Assembly: GCA_013265495.1 (NCBI GenBank)
Contig: MU058844.1
Coordinates: forward strand, 12,608,184-12,672,183
DNA: 64,000 bases
From: Vicugna vicugna
Lineage: Eukaryota
Direction of reading: 5' to 3'
In this document: positions 52,018 through 64,000 of the stretch, piece by piece
How positions within the stretch are numbered: the first letter of the stretch is position 1
How the letters are laid out: the number at the start of each line of letters is the position of its first letter
Made by a program: the position numbers and the translations under genes
Notes under the pieces: generated by a model
Database searches by the model: none
Seen by the model: only the letters and a program-made list of their open reading frames with translations
What the model was told of the DNA's origin: nothing

Positions 52018-52872
52018 AATAAACTCCTCCTTCCAGAAATTAACCAGCCTATGCCTCTTTTCCTTAGCAACAGTGCACAACACCCACTGGAGCACTGCCA
52101 ACAATAAACACTTTAAAGGATTCATAATAAATACTATTCAAATTCTAAATCTAATTATTTTAAATTAAAATAACAAATATGTTCTAATAGCAATGAACTA
52201 AAATCATCTGTCTTACTCTTATGATGAGATCCTTAGCTATAAAACTAATGTTTAAGTACAACCAGAGAAAACTCATGAAAGACAAATTGAGTGACACTAC
52301 TTTTAGCAAAATACGTTTATTACAAAGATATGGTACGCATAAACTGACAATATTTAATGTGATTATAGTCACTACATATTAAGGAAGAGTCAGGAAGAAA
52401 CACTTACATTCTGAGAATTTTTCTGCCATGTAAAAAGCAGTGTTTTACACAGCAGGAACTGAGAAAATGATCTTAAGGCATTTATCTCCCTCAAGAGGGA
52501 CTTAATATAGAAAATAACCAGTAATATGTTTTAAAAAGTTTAAATGAATTCAGATGATATAGTCAAAAGAAGTGATTAAGGGAAGCAAAAAGATATCTAA
52601 ATTTTCTCTTACTTTCTAGCATTCATCTCTATCACTCTTAGAAATAAAAAAACCAACTTAATGGATTATTATCTGGATCATGACTGTTTTTCATATTTTT
52701 ATGTTAACTATATTAAATAATTCAATAGCAAAATACCTACCTATTTATTTATTCTCTTCACCCACTAGAAAGTACTATTTAAATATCACCAGGTTGTTAC
52801 ACTTGTTAACACCAATGATATTAGGTAGTTAAGAATATCTGATTAAAATCTACACCACTGTGATTTTTTTAC

Positions 52873-53017
52873 CTGTCCTTTTGCTATGAGATAAGCAACA
52901 ATTGAGGTATGTCCAAACTGAGCAGCCAGATGAATACAGCTACAACCTTCTCCATCAATTAACGAAGGGTCTGCACCATATTTCATCAGTTGCACAACCA
53001 TAGATAGATGGCCTTGC
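52873..53017 (-). CDS. ZDHHC17: ZDHHC17 exon 5 (ankyrin repeats)
   Basis: (R)[48 protein letters not shown]; tttag acceptor, gtaaaa donor; 145 nt. Confidence 0.97.
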
Positions 53018-53605
53018 CTAAAACATAAAAGAATAAACACTTAAATATGTAACTCTGAAAAGAAGTTTAAAAAAAATGAAAAAGATTTTAAAATGGTGGA
53101 AAAATTACAAAAATCTTATTTCACATTATTTCAAAATAGACATACATCAAGGTACATTTAGGATATTATGTTCTTAAGTCTTAATTGGCATAAAAGTCTT
53201 TGAAAATTTATAGATACTCGTAACTTCTTTAAATATGTAATAAATAGTTATTATACTCTAGTAATCCTGTTCCAATATGACCTTAATTGTCCCATGAACT
53301 TGATACTTTTTTTGCTGTAATACATATAGGCTGAAAAAGTATTCCCAAAGCTTAATCCCATTTTCTAACTAACCAGATTAATATCAGCATAGTTAATTCC
53401 TTAAGGACACTTTGGAAAATAAACTTTGCTTCCAATGCAGGTAACAGTGGACAGCAATACATTTTAGTACATTATTGATATTAACTACGGCATAACAAGT
53501 TCTCCCATTCACTTTAGCACATCATTTAAAGGGGGAAAAAATAGTTGTTTAGTTATAGGCTATTAAAGGAACCAAAGAAAAAAAAATCCAGAAGCAAATT
53601 TAAAC

Positions 53606-53683
53606 CTCGTGGCCCAGTGCAATGGAGTTGAATTTAGGTCTCCTCCGAGTTGATCCACAATAGCACCTTTCGAAATATAGTAT
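53606..53683 (-). CDS. ZDHHC17: ZDHHC17 exon 4 (ankyrin repeats)
   Basis: (K)[25 protein letters not shown](R); tatag acceptor, gtttaa donor; 78 nt. Confidence 0.96.
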
Positions 53684-55169
53684 CTATAAGACAAAATTTT
53701 AAATACTTCAGATAGTTTTCATTTTCAATTTTAAGAAATATGTGAAAAATAAAGAAATAAATGTTTTTCATTTTAGACCTCATGCTAGACAATAAATGGT
53801 CTTCAGTGAGTTTTAAAAATATATTTAGTAGGATATTATACCAAATACATCACTCTTTTGTTCCAGAAGTAAACAGAAAATAATTTTCTTAAGTTACAAA
53901 AAATAATACCAATACCAAATAACAATCACATAAAAAAAGAAGGCAGTCAGAGAACCACAAAGATTTGGATGAGACAGCAGCAGTAGACAGAATTTTGGAA
54001 TCAGAACCTTATAGAGTATGCCAGACCCTTGGTAGCAGCTCAGCTTTTTAAGCTCAGCTTTACTTACCTCACAAGATTACTACGGGTTAAATAAAACAGC
54101 ACATGAAAAATAATTTCATAAATGTAAACTATAACATAAAGGCTCTTTATGGCACCCTATTTGTTATGCTTTTGAAGCTGTGTTGCTTTAAAAAGAGCAA
54201 CCTTGTTGCTTACTACATTAATGTCATAACATCTGGAGAACCTCTAAAATGAACAGGACCTAGCTGCTTATATAATGTTTGCTTTGGGATTGATAGATGT
54301 AATGAATCTTGAATACAATGATTTCAAAGCACCTGATGTCAAATGTCTGATGTATGTGAATAACTGAGGCTCTTAAACTATTCTGATTACTGCCTTGAAT
54401 CATGAATGCATTCACTCTTAATGCTCATAGTTCTAAACATTTAATAAAGTCATACTTACAAGCTTGATTCAGAAATTTTCTGCTTTATGTAAGTATTTGT
54501 TAAAACGGTACTTTTAAAGCATTATGCAATGAAAGGCCCAACTCCACTCTACCATATGGAATAGTATGAAGTAACTAAAATACTTCCAGACTAAAATATT
54601 TCAAGTCCAGAATATCAGACAACAGTTTGAACACAAACATTTAAATATTCCTAAATTGCTTCTTAAGGCATCCAGTAGACATCATATAATAGTTAAAAAA
54701 TGGTTTTTTTGAGCCCAAAGAGCAGTATAGCACAGCAAAAGAACAGTTTTAATAGGAAATATTTTCTTAAAAATTCCAATTGGAATGTTTTTTAAAGCAA
54801 TTTTATTACCTTCTTTATAGTTAAAATATCTGTTCCTGAGAGTTATTTTTATTCACCTTTCAAATCCTTCCTAGGACTACGGCAATAAGTGTTTTCCACT
54901 ACTTCTAAAGTACAACTTTTTTCCACAAGGATAGGGGAACTTTTTTTCCTGCATGCTAAAAAATAACTCCTACCACCTTTTCACTGTAAGCTTTTCAAAG
55001 AGAAGTGTTATATTTTTATAACACATTATTTTTTGTAGCTTGAAGACCCTAGCTGAAAACGACAAAACTCTGAGAAGATCATATAATTCTTATTTTTAAA
55101 CTCAAACCTCCTTGTAATACTGTAAAGTTATTATCAAGAAATGTTCTTGCAGGTACTAATGAGCTGTAG

Positions 55170-56480
55170 ATTTTGAGAAGGAATTATCCATGAACAAGAG
55201 ATATCAACAATTATTTGAAAATTATAAGCAAATAGGTAACACTCAGATGTCTCCAGAGGGGGACACTAATGAGAAGCAAACCAGAATATGTTATAAAACC
55301 CTAGAAAGGCTATGGGATTAAAGGCAATAGTTACCTCCAAAGAAAGTAATAAGAAACTGGACTATAAACAGAAGTACTGGTTCAAAGTCTATATAAATTG
55401 CTGAAAAATTGTTGTTTTCTAAGTTACATTCTTAGAAATAATGAAACTTAATGAAAGTGAGTATTTATTTAGCATCACAACAGGCATTTCAGTGACATGG
55501 AAGCAATCAAGCAGCTGACAGTGTTAGACAAGTATTCTTTGTGTATTATAATCTTAAAAAGTGACTACTCAAATAATTCAAACTCTTAAAGTGCAGGCTC
55601 ACTCTTGTGTCTCTAAGTTTCATTGTATGATCGTAATTTCTGGCTTATGTTGATTTTAACAATCAACCATTCAGTGTTTGCCAAAAGGTGTATTTAGTGC
55701 ATCTTTAACAGAGAAGTTTGAGACTCAGGGAATTAAATCACGGAATCATATGAGACACTGTACTGAAAATCTAACAATGAAAGTCTATAGGCTGAACAGA
55801 CATTTGGGAAGTTCCTGTTGTGACTTCCAATCAGCTCTGTTATGTCTTCCCTGAATATGAATGGTCAAATATGACCAGATAATTGAGGAAAGCTTCAAAC
55901 TGAAGGAGATCAAAATAAACTGAAGAAGCCCAAAATAAACAGATAATATATAGAGAAGAAAAACTTAAAAAACAAAAGTTCTAATTAATAACCTCCAAAT
56001 AATAAGAGAAGATAATATATTCATGATATAAGAATAAAGTATTTTTTAAAAGGAATGGGGGGGCAGAGATCAAGAAAGAATGCTTTGAAATTGAAAATGT
56101 AACAGATAAAATTAGAAATTCAAAAGGATTAGAAGATAAATTAAGAAAATCTCCTCAAAGTACAATAGCTATAAAAGGCAGTTGAAATAAAGATAAGAAA
56201 AAGAAAGAATCAATCTGGTTGATCCCAGTATCTGACAAATAAAAGTTCCTGAAAGAAAAAACAGAGAAAATGAAAGTGAGGCAGTCTTGGGGGCACAACA
56301 CAAGCATACTTCCCTAAACTAAAAAGGCAAGTTTTCAGGTTAAAAGTGGCTACTTAATGGTCATAATCTGAATTTAAAATAAATAAATAAAAAGAACCAT
56401 AGCAATACACAGTAATGTAAACTTTCACAAAGTCAGGATCAGGAAAAAAAACATATATGCTGGTTGCCAGGGAAGAAGAA
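55170..56480 (+). mobile_element. Highly decayed L1/HAL1-like 5'-ORF1 relics
   Basis: A-rich, with ORF1-like motifs (attagaaattcaaaaggattagaagataaa, gttcctgaaagaaaaaacagagaaaatg); interrupted by other sequence. Confidence 0.45.
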
Positions 56481-56546
56481 TAAGCCATACACAGTGTGTT
56501 CTCATAAATTATAAGCTCTGTATTTTTAAACAAAGCCTCATATTTG

Positions 56547-56604
56547 TTTTTTTTTAACTGAAGTATATAGTCAGTTTACAATGTTGTGTCAATTTCTGAT
56601 GTAT
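56547..56604 (-). mobile_element. Very short L1 3' tail (camelid/artiodactyl type)
   Basis: T-run then aactgaagtatatagtcagtttacaatgttgtgtcaatttc; reverse complement resembles the tail at 44070-44115. Confidence 0.65.
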
Positions 56605-56609
56605 GTATT

Positions 56610-57355
56610 TGTTATGAAAGCCTTGACTTGAAATCAAACTGAATCAGAGACTACAAGCATTATTAGCTGTTGTTAATGAAGAATCCTGAGGTAACAGGGG
56701 ACTGCCAAAGACAAGAGCCTGGGCCTGTCCTTTCTATTTTACTACATTAGGGTAGAAATCTAAGAACAGCTGAAAGACTTCCACTTGAAAACACTAGGAA
56801 TATAAACAATCCAGGCTGGGTGAAGGTCTCTTCCTTTCTAAATTATACTGACTTTATATCTTAAAATCATGAAAGTGATGGAATTACTTTGCTTGCAATA
56901 AGTTCTTTTAATACATCCTGAGAGAACATAACTATTAGAAGAGACACTTCTCCATGGGTCTCTGGAGCTCCCATAAGTCTTGCTGAGTACATGAGAAGAC
57001 TGCAAGGTCCTGACCACTCTTTACATAGGCCATTTCTGAGAGATGTGTTTGCATCAGGCCATCCTGAGAGATGAGGTAACATCTCCCTCTGGGACAAAGA
57101 GCAACCTTGCTTTCCATATACTATAAAAGCAAAGAATATCTAATTGTATGTACTGCATCCATCTGGACCATATCAAGACACTCCCATAGGATGTAGGGAG
57201 CAAGAGGGATTTACACAAATATGATGTTCATGCTATTTGCTGTGCTATGAAGAATAAGGTCCTTTGTGTCTACCTGAGTCATGTATCTTCTGCCAGCATC
57301 CATGAAATAGTAATACACTACAGCTTTTAAATAGGGTGTAATTCTGGACTCAAAA
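56610..57355 (+). mobile_element. ERV1-class solo LTR (MER90/MER110-like)
   Basis: tgtta start, tataaaa, and 3' end aataaggtcctttgtgtct...tcttctgccagcatccatgaaa...tagggtgtaattctggac. Confidence 0.6.
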
Positions 57356-57759
57356 GTAACTGACTATACTTCAATAAACAAGACAAAAGAGAAGTAAAAA
57401 TTAACCTTGAGGCTATAAATACCAGTTATTATTAAAAACTGCATTTACTCACCATTGTTTGTTTTAGGGAAGTAAATTGCTAGACTATGTATTGTAAGAA
57501 ATGAAGTTTACCACCCAGAAGATATAATATACGCAGACACTGTAATTATTAACTTACTCTATAATTACTGACTTTATTCTGTAACCGCACTTGTCCATAA
57601 GTGATGGAACAAACTGTAAGGCAGGCAACGAATGTCAAGACTTTCTGTCTGTATTTCTCACTTCAGAGTTCCTTGTTTATTTTTAAACACAAGACAAATG
57701 TGATCTTTCTGATCAACAGAATGAGATCAAACGTGTCTCAACTGTAACACTTGAAACAA

Positions 57760-59000
57760 CAACAAAAACAAATGCTTTAAAATTCCGAGAAAATCAATTT
57801 TAATCTAGAGTGTATGCTCAGCCAAACAACAAATAAGGTGTGAGGGCAGAAGAGAAAGTAACTTCAAAACATTTACCTTCCAAATTCTTTCTCGTGGAAA
57901 GTTATCAGAAAATGTGTGCTACTAAAACAAGGAGTAAACCAACAGAGACAAAAACGTGAGATCCAGGAAACTGAGACTAACACTGGAACAAAGGGATTTC
58001 CCAGAATGAATGCAAAGGTAAGTCTCAAGACAATGACTATATGTCGCTCTAAAGAGCAACAGTCTGGGCTGGAACAGAAAGATGGAGAAAGCCAAGAATG
58101 ACTTCATACTCCCTCCTCCACCAAAAAAGGAATCGATAAATTATCAAATACTGTTTGCATACAGAGATGGGTTTTACCGTTCTGTCTAAAAGTATGGGAA
58201 TAATTAATTATAATACATAGAAAGTTAAACAAATAGAAAAAAAATGAAACAACTATTACTTCTGATAAAAATTACAATTCTACAGAAAAAAACAGATAAT
58301 CATGGAACACTTTTGGGCTTATCAGTACAAATTTACACACTTCCAACAATTTAAACGTTGCATAGTAATTTAAGTAAAATTGTAACAGAGGAGGGGAGAA
58401 GTATTAGTGGGGTAGGTGACTTAGAATACCTAGTTATCCAAAATATAAAGTCAAATATAAATTAAGAAATAGCATAAAAATTGGCAGCATTTATTAAGAT
58501 TCAAAATTCATCCTTCCAACTTTCTTACTTCTGAGACTCCTACAAACATACATGAATATAAGCAAAATGGTATGTGAACAAGGTATTAATTACAACACTG
58601 AAGTAGTAAAAACACTAGAATCAATCTAAATGTTCATCAGTAGGTAAACCATTAAAAAAATTACGTCCATACAATTGGATATTATACAGCTTTTTAAAAA
58701 GAATGATGTGGCTCTAGGTGCACTGATATGAGAAATCTTGAAGATATATAAATTAAATGAAAAAAGCAGAAAAGCATTTGCTATCATTTGTATAGATAGC
58801 TTTGTAGATAAAAGTAGCAACATAAAATATAAAATACAAGAGTAAATACTAAAAGAAACAGCCAAAGTATTAAAAATAATTACTTTTGGGGTACAGAACC
58901 CAGAGGGCAGGAAGGGATTGCTGTTTCCCATTGCAAGCCTTTAAATACTATTTGATTTTTAAAATTGTTTATATACTATTTTGATTAAAATAACACTAAC
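57760..59000 (+). mobile_element. Old L1ME/HAL1-like fragments including a 3' end
   Basis: aattttaatctagagtgtatgctcagccaaac; atctaaatgttcatcagtagg...attatacagctttttaaaaagaatga. Confidence 0.5.
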
Positions 59001-59019
59001 TGAAAAAATACAGAGGCTT

Positions 59020-60360
59020 ATAGAAGGCTAGATAATTTGAGCCAACCCTTTCATTAAAGAAAACTTTAAAAAGCTCAATGAAGTAAAAGAAATATTTCCT
59101 AAAAAGCAAAGCCTAAGAAGATTAAGAGCATTTACCTGGCAAAGATTCAGGAGAAGGTTAAAACTGGGAGAAGTTAGAAAACCGCTTGGGCCCCATCTGC
59201 CCTAGAGACAACTGCTGATGCAGAAGAGTTGGCCAAGAGGCAAGCTATGCAGACAAAAGCAAAATAAAGGTTGGGACCCCAAAAAGCTGCACTGCAGGAG
59301 TAATGAAGAACCAGGAGTAACCCTGGCTGTAGCATGGTCTTCAGCCATCTGAGTGATCCAGAAAATCTAAAGCTTTAAATTAAAGTTGCGCGTCACAGAA
59401 ACAAATGGGATCTTCTCATCTTAGGCCTCAAATTATTCAACAAATAAGTTTTCAAACACAATGTCTAGTATACATTCGAAGATTATCAGGCACACAAAGG
59501 ATCAACATAACAGATAACAGACCCACACAGATTCCAAATGCTGTCTTCTTAGACAAAGATTATATAATAATTATATGTTCAAGTATACAAGACAAGATGG
59601 AATATTTCAGCTACAAATGAATCAAAAAACAGAAGTTTGAAAAACATAATTGAAATTCTAGAACTAAAAAATAAACAAAATGAAGAACATGTTGAATAGA
59701 TTTAACAGCAGATTACACATAGAGAATAAATGAACTGGAAGATAAATTAGAAGAAGTTTCCAGAATGAAGCAGAGAAAAGAGTAAGAGATAAAGAGCATA
59801 CAATGAAAAGGTCAAACATACGTTTAACTGGTGTTCCAGGAGGAGAGCAAAAAGAGAATGGGGCAGAAGCAATATTTGAAGAAATAATAGCTCTGAGATT
59901 TTCCAGAACTGATGAAAACATCAATCCACAGAATCAAGAATTTCTTGCAGTCTCATTCAGGATAAATAAAAAGAAATCCACACCTAGAAACATCATCATG
60001 AAACTGCAGAAAACCAGAAACAAAGAAAAAATCTTAAAAGCAGCCAGAAAAAAGAAAAAGAAAAAGCCTTTAAAAGTGCAACACTTAGACTGATTTCTCA
60101 AAGTAACAGAAGCCGGAAGACAGTGGAACGTTATTTTCAATGGGTAAACAAAAATAAAACAAACAAAAACTGCCAACCTAGATTTCCATACCATGCGAAA
60201 ATTTCCTTCACAAATATAGGTGGAAGTAAAAACATTTTCTGACAAACAAAAACAGAATTTAGATGTTAGGAGACCCATACTGAATGCAGAAGGAAGGTTA
60301 GAAATACAAAAAGGACACAAAGAACAAATAAAAGGAAATACATTCTCTGGAAGAAAGTGA
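59020..60360 (+). mobile_element. Old L1 5' region and ORF1 relic
   Basis: KRSNIRLTGVPGGEQKENGAEAIFEEII...RINKKKSTPRNIIMKLQKTRNKEKILKAAR matches the L1 ORF1p RRM region. Confidence 0.85.
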
Positions 60361-60774
60361 TTCATGGAGTTCAATGCTTTAGTTATTACTTGCTTAATCT
60401 TTCTTTAGTACTCTAAGGACAAATTCTTTTACCTGACATTAACATCCCATTTGTCTCTAAACTCTATATGCTGTACTCACAGCACATCTGCAAGCAGTTC
60501 ATATCAGACTCATGTCTTTATCTAAAGATCTTACATCCAAATTGTCAGAGACCACTAAACTGGATTTACTAAGAAAGATTTTATCATTCTGACTCTTGCT
60601 TATTTAATTACTACCTACTATTGTTAAATAAGCAGATTAACAGTAACTAATAAAAGTAATTTTTACTGAGTATGTAAAATATTCTTCATTTAAGCTGGTG
60701 TGAGATTATTATTACCTATATTATCTTTGTAACCCCTCTCTTTCCTTTTGTAGCTTTTCCCCCTAGAATTCATA

Positions 60775-61012
60775 TTTAAAATGTGAGCTGCAAGTTAGAC
60801 TGTCTGAGTTAAAGTCCTGACTCCAACATCAGCTGTGTATCACTGGTAGCATATTTAACCTCTTTATGCCTCAGTTTTTACATCATTAGGACAGCAGTAA
60901 AAACTGTTATTTTTCACATAGGGTTGTTTCAAGAACTAAGATTTAAGAAAATATTCATGAAAAAGCACTCAGAACAGTACCTGGCAAATAATAAGCATTC
61001 ACTAAATGTTAA
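60775..61012 (+). mobile_element. MIR
   Basis: ttagactgtctgagttaaagtcctgactcc...tttaacctctttatgcctcagtttt...cactcagaacagtacctggca. Confidence 0.8.
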
Positions 61013-61147
61013 AAACAAATTTTTTTCAGGAAAAAAGGCACATAGAATCTACATTTTAAAAATAATGAATTTTAGAAATTATATACTTTATAATTATTTC
61101 TAATAATTTTATAATAACTAATTACTTAAAAATACAGAAATACTTAC

Positions 61148-61270
61148 TTGACTAAATCTATTCTGTTATTGATGGCAGCCCAATGGAGGAGTGTAACATT
61201 TTCTTTGTCTGGTTGCCGTACATCATAACCTGCTTCCACTAGTTCTCGGCAGCGTTCATATATTCCGTAT
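61148..61270 (-). CDS. ZDHHC17: ZDHHC17 exon 3 (first ankyrin repeats); exons 1-2 lie beyond the window
   Basis: (Q)[40 protein letters not shown](K); tttaag acceptor, gtaagt donor; 123 nt. Confidence 0.97.
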
Positions 61271-62340
61271 CTTAAAAAGAAAGACAATATGAGATAGTCA
61301 CTACTATTTGACAAGATATTTGAAGGTGAAAGTAACATTTCCAAAAGAAATTAATGCTCCATTTTGATACGTGGAAATTAAGATGGCTTTCTCAACAAAA
61401 AGTGTTACTTTAAAAATACCAATATTCTAATAGTTCTTACTAATCCATTTCACAATTTTAAATTTCTCATCTATAAGAATGCAGTATCTCATAAAGTGGA
61501 AGAGAAAAGGATACCATAAATAAAATGTTTACCCATTGCTTGTTTTTATTAATATCACCACTTATTCACAGAACACTTAAGGTAGCTTATAATAATACAT
61601 ACAATTACATTAAAAATATTAAATCATAAAGCAGCAGCAACACAGAATTTATAAATGATTTAGAAAAATGCCAAGAAGAAAGGATGTTTTACAATCTCAG
61701 GATTCTTTATTTACAAATTCAGCTTTGATATCCTGAAAGTAAATAAAAAAGTGAGTCTGTGGGTGGGAAATAGGGAAAGTGGGGGAAGAGTCTTCTGAGT
61801 TCAAGCCAATGAGATATAAGAGAAAGTCTACTGGGAGAGTTTGAGGAAAGATGCCCATATGTGATAAAGAAGAAAGGTACGTGCAGAGAGCCTGACCTTT
61901 TCCTCCCTTTGTTTTCAGTTATTGTGAAGCAGCATACATTTTTTTTAAAACTCTGTATTATGTAAATTTTCAAGCATAAGCAAAAGTAGAGAAAATAGTA
62001 CAATAAACCATCACGAATCTATCATGGAGCCTCAGAAACCATCAACTTCATCCTAAACAAAATATTGGATCCTCAGAAATATGAGACACAAGAACAAATG
62101 GGCTTTGACTATACTTGTAATCTCTTTATCAGAGTGGTCTCCAAAATGGGAAGGTACACCACAGGGAGAGGCTGGGAGAAAGGTGGCACAATAATGGGAC
62201 ACTAAAAGCAAATACTAAAACTACCTATACTCATGTTTTAGCTAACAGAGAAAGAAGTGAAGCTTCACTAGTATTTCATACAGCCTGCAGTGTCTCACTG
62301 CTGCACTATACTCTCTCTGTCCTGCATGTGTACACATATT

Positions 62341-62361
62341 CACACACACACACACACACAC
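62341..62361. repeat. (CA)10 microsatellite
   Basis: Direct reading. Confidence 0.9.
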
Positions 62362-62708
62362 TCTCAAACGTGCACAAGGTAATCCACCTAAAGGAAGAGC
62401 AAGAGTTCCACAATTCACAGGAGATGACAGCAGTACCTTCAGTTCTTCGTTCTTTTTCAGAAAATTGTTTACATGTACCCAGTTAAGTGACTAGGCCTGT
62501 TACCTCAAAGAGCAAACTCTACCTCACACTTAGAATAAGTGATGATAAAAATCCTAACTATATACAAAGAGTTGTTGATTATTTTTCTAACATTTAAAAG
62601 TGAGTACGCATTTTCCTTTTAACAAAAAAGACAAGTGTTTCTTTTCTGGGGAGGAGGGCAGAGGCAGTGATGGCAAATAACTGTGACTAGTATGCTACCA
62701 ACCATATT

Positions 62709-62908
62709 CAGCTGACCCTTGAACAACATGGGGGTTATAGGCAACAACCCTCCTCCAGTCAAAAATCCACATATAACTTTACCCACAGTTGGCCCTCCAT
62801 ATCCATGTTTCCACATCTGTGGATTAAACAAGTGCTCATTTATTGGAAAAAAATCTGCATTTAAGTGGATCCAAGCAGTTCAAACTTGTGTTGTTCAATG
62901 GTCCATTG
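62709..62908. mobile_element. Tigger2/MER8-family MITE
   Basis: TIRs cagctgacccttgaacaacatggg ... ttgtgttgttcaatggtccattg|ta. Confidence 0.8.
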
Positions 62909-63509
62909 TATTCTTAAGAAGCATAAAGATGTTTAGTCTGTTCCCCTTCAAGGCAAGGGGAATACTTCAGACACAGTGAGAAAGTAACGACTCTTATTTC
63001 AGTAAAACATCTACTATAATGAGAACTTTTTTTAACAGTTTTATGCTTGGAAATGTTTCCATCATTATATAATATAGTTTCTGAAAAAGCCTACACTACA
63101 ACTGTAAAAATTTTCTTATGCGAACACACTGAAAAATTTTGAAACAATTTTCTAACATATGTGAACCCATTTGCTATAATTACAAAAATGCCAAAACCTG
63201 ATTAGTTTGCAAGCCTAGAATCAGAAAATGTATATTTACAAGGTAAAGCTCAGTAAAATCTTTACTTAGTGTATAGCCCTAAAAAAATAATTACTATGAC
63301 TTAATAAATACAGCATATGTTGTAATTCTTCCATTTCGGAATTATGCATCTTTGTGAGATCTGTCTTTCTTTCAGCCAAAAGTCATTAAAACCAAGTATC
63401 CAAATGAAATTAATTTAGAGCCAGATTTCCATATCATTGTAACATAAAATATTAAACCATCTAAAATCATAATGAAGAAGCGTATTTAGTTATACTACTC
63501 CCACTACAA

Positions 63510-63925
63510 GAAAGGTTAATGAAAGATACTAAAGTAAGACCTAAAGAAATACATACCCCAATTTCCCCAAATTAATCTGTAAATTTAATGAAAGCCTAAT
63601 TAAAATCCCAAATGAATATCACATGAACTTTCCAAGTAGAACCCTAAAATTCATTTGTGAGAGTAACAGGTCGAGAATAGCTGAGATGGGGGGAGGGTGT
63701 AGCTCAGTGGTAAAGTGCACACTTAGCATGCATTGTCCTGGGTTCAATCCCCAGTACCTCCATTAAAAAAATTAATATATAAATTAAGAAAAAAGATATA
63801 AGAAAAAAATAAATTAAAAAAAGAATATCTGAGACAATTTCGAAAACTAAGAAATAAGTAAAACAATGTGGCACTATACAAGATTAAACAAATGGGAGAG
63901 AAAAGAAGAGTATTTACAAATGGGC
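63510..63925 (+). mobile_element. Old L1 ORF2 fragment interrupted by a SINE
   Basis: ccccaaattaatctgtaaatttaatg...ctaaaattcatttg...agaatagctgaga. Confidence 0.6.
63687..63821 (+). mobile_element. tRNA-derived SINE (Vic-1-like)
   Basis: ggggagggtgtagctcagtggtaaagtgcacacttagcatgcattgtcctgggttcaatccccagtacctcc plus A-tail; TSD agaatagctgaga / agaatatctgaga. Confidence 0.9.
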
Positions 63926-64000
63926 CTCAGAGTGACATCAGCATCATGATAGAATAAGACATCCATCATTTTGTCCCCTTCCAACAATAACTCAGCACCT

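Noticed and set aside
63310..63460. ZDHHC17 exon 2 or an alternative exon
   Set aside because: Does not encode the expected EIKPQSHYNHGYGEPLGRK... segment and the donor is weak; exon 2 must lie beyond the window.
63930..64000. Start of another L1 5'UTR
   Set aside because: Resembles an L1 5' end (gagtgacatcagcatcatg), but 70 nt at the window edge is too little to call.

Overview
This is AT-rich mammalian genomic DNA, probably from a camelid, judging by tRNA-derived Vic-1-like SINEs and artiodactyl-type L1 tails. It holds two convergent genes. On the + strand are the last three exons (4-6) and 3'UTR of CSRP2 (385-~2175). On the - strand are coding exons 3-17 and the ~2.7 kb 3'UTR of the palmitoyltransferase ZDHHC17/HIP14 (~6200-61270). 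All exons splice into intact reading frames; exon numbers follow my recollection of the human gene. ZDHHC17 intron 10 (18010-24377) is an AT-AC U12-type minor-spliceosome intron. The introns are filled with L1, L2, MIR, MLT/ERV LTRs, Tigger/Charlie DNA transposons and SINEs. I found no convincing new gene system, and nearly all ORF-track entries are exon read-throughs, L1 relics or chance ORFs. The most unusual structures are (i) a 1.7 kb patchwork retroelement inside one TSD pair at 43240-44970, (ii) a three-layer L1>Tigger1>L1 nest whose innermost L1 joins its 5'UTR directly to mid-ORF2, and (iii) the U12 intron with weak neighbouring donors. Repeat family names are from pattern recognition, not database searches.
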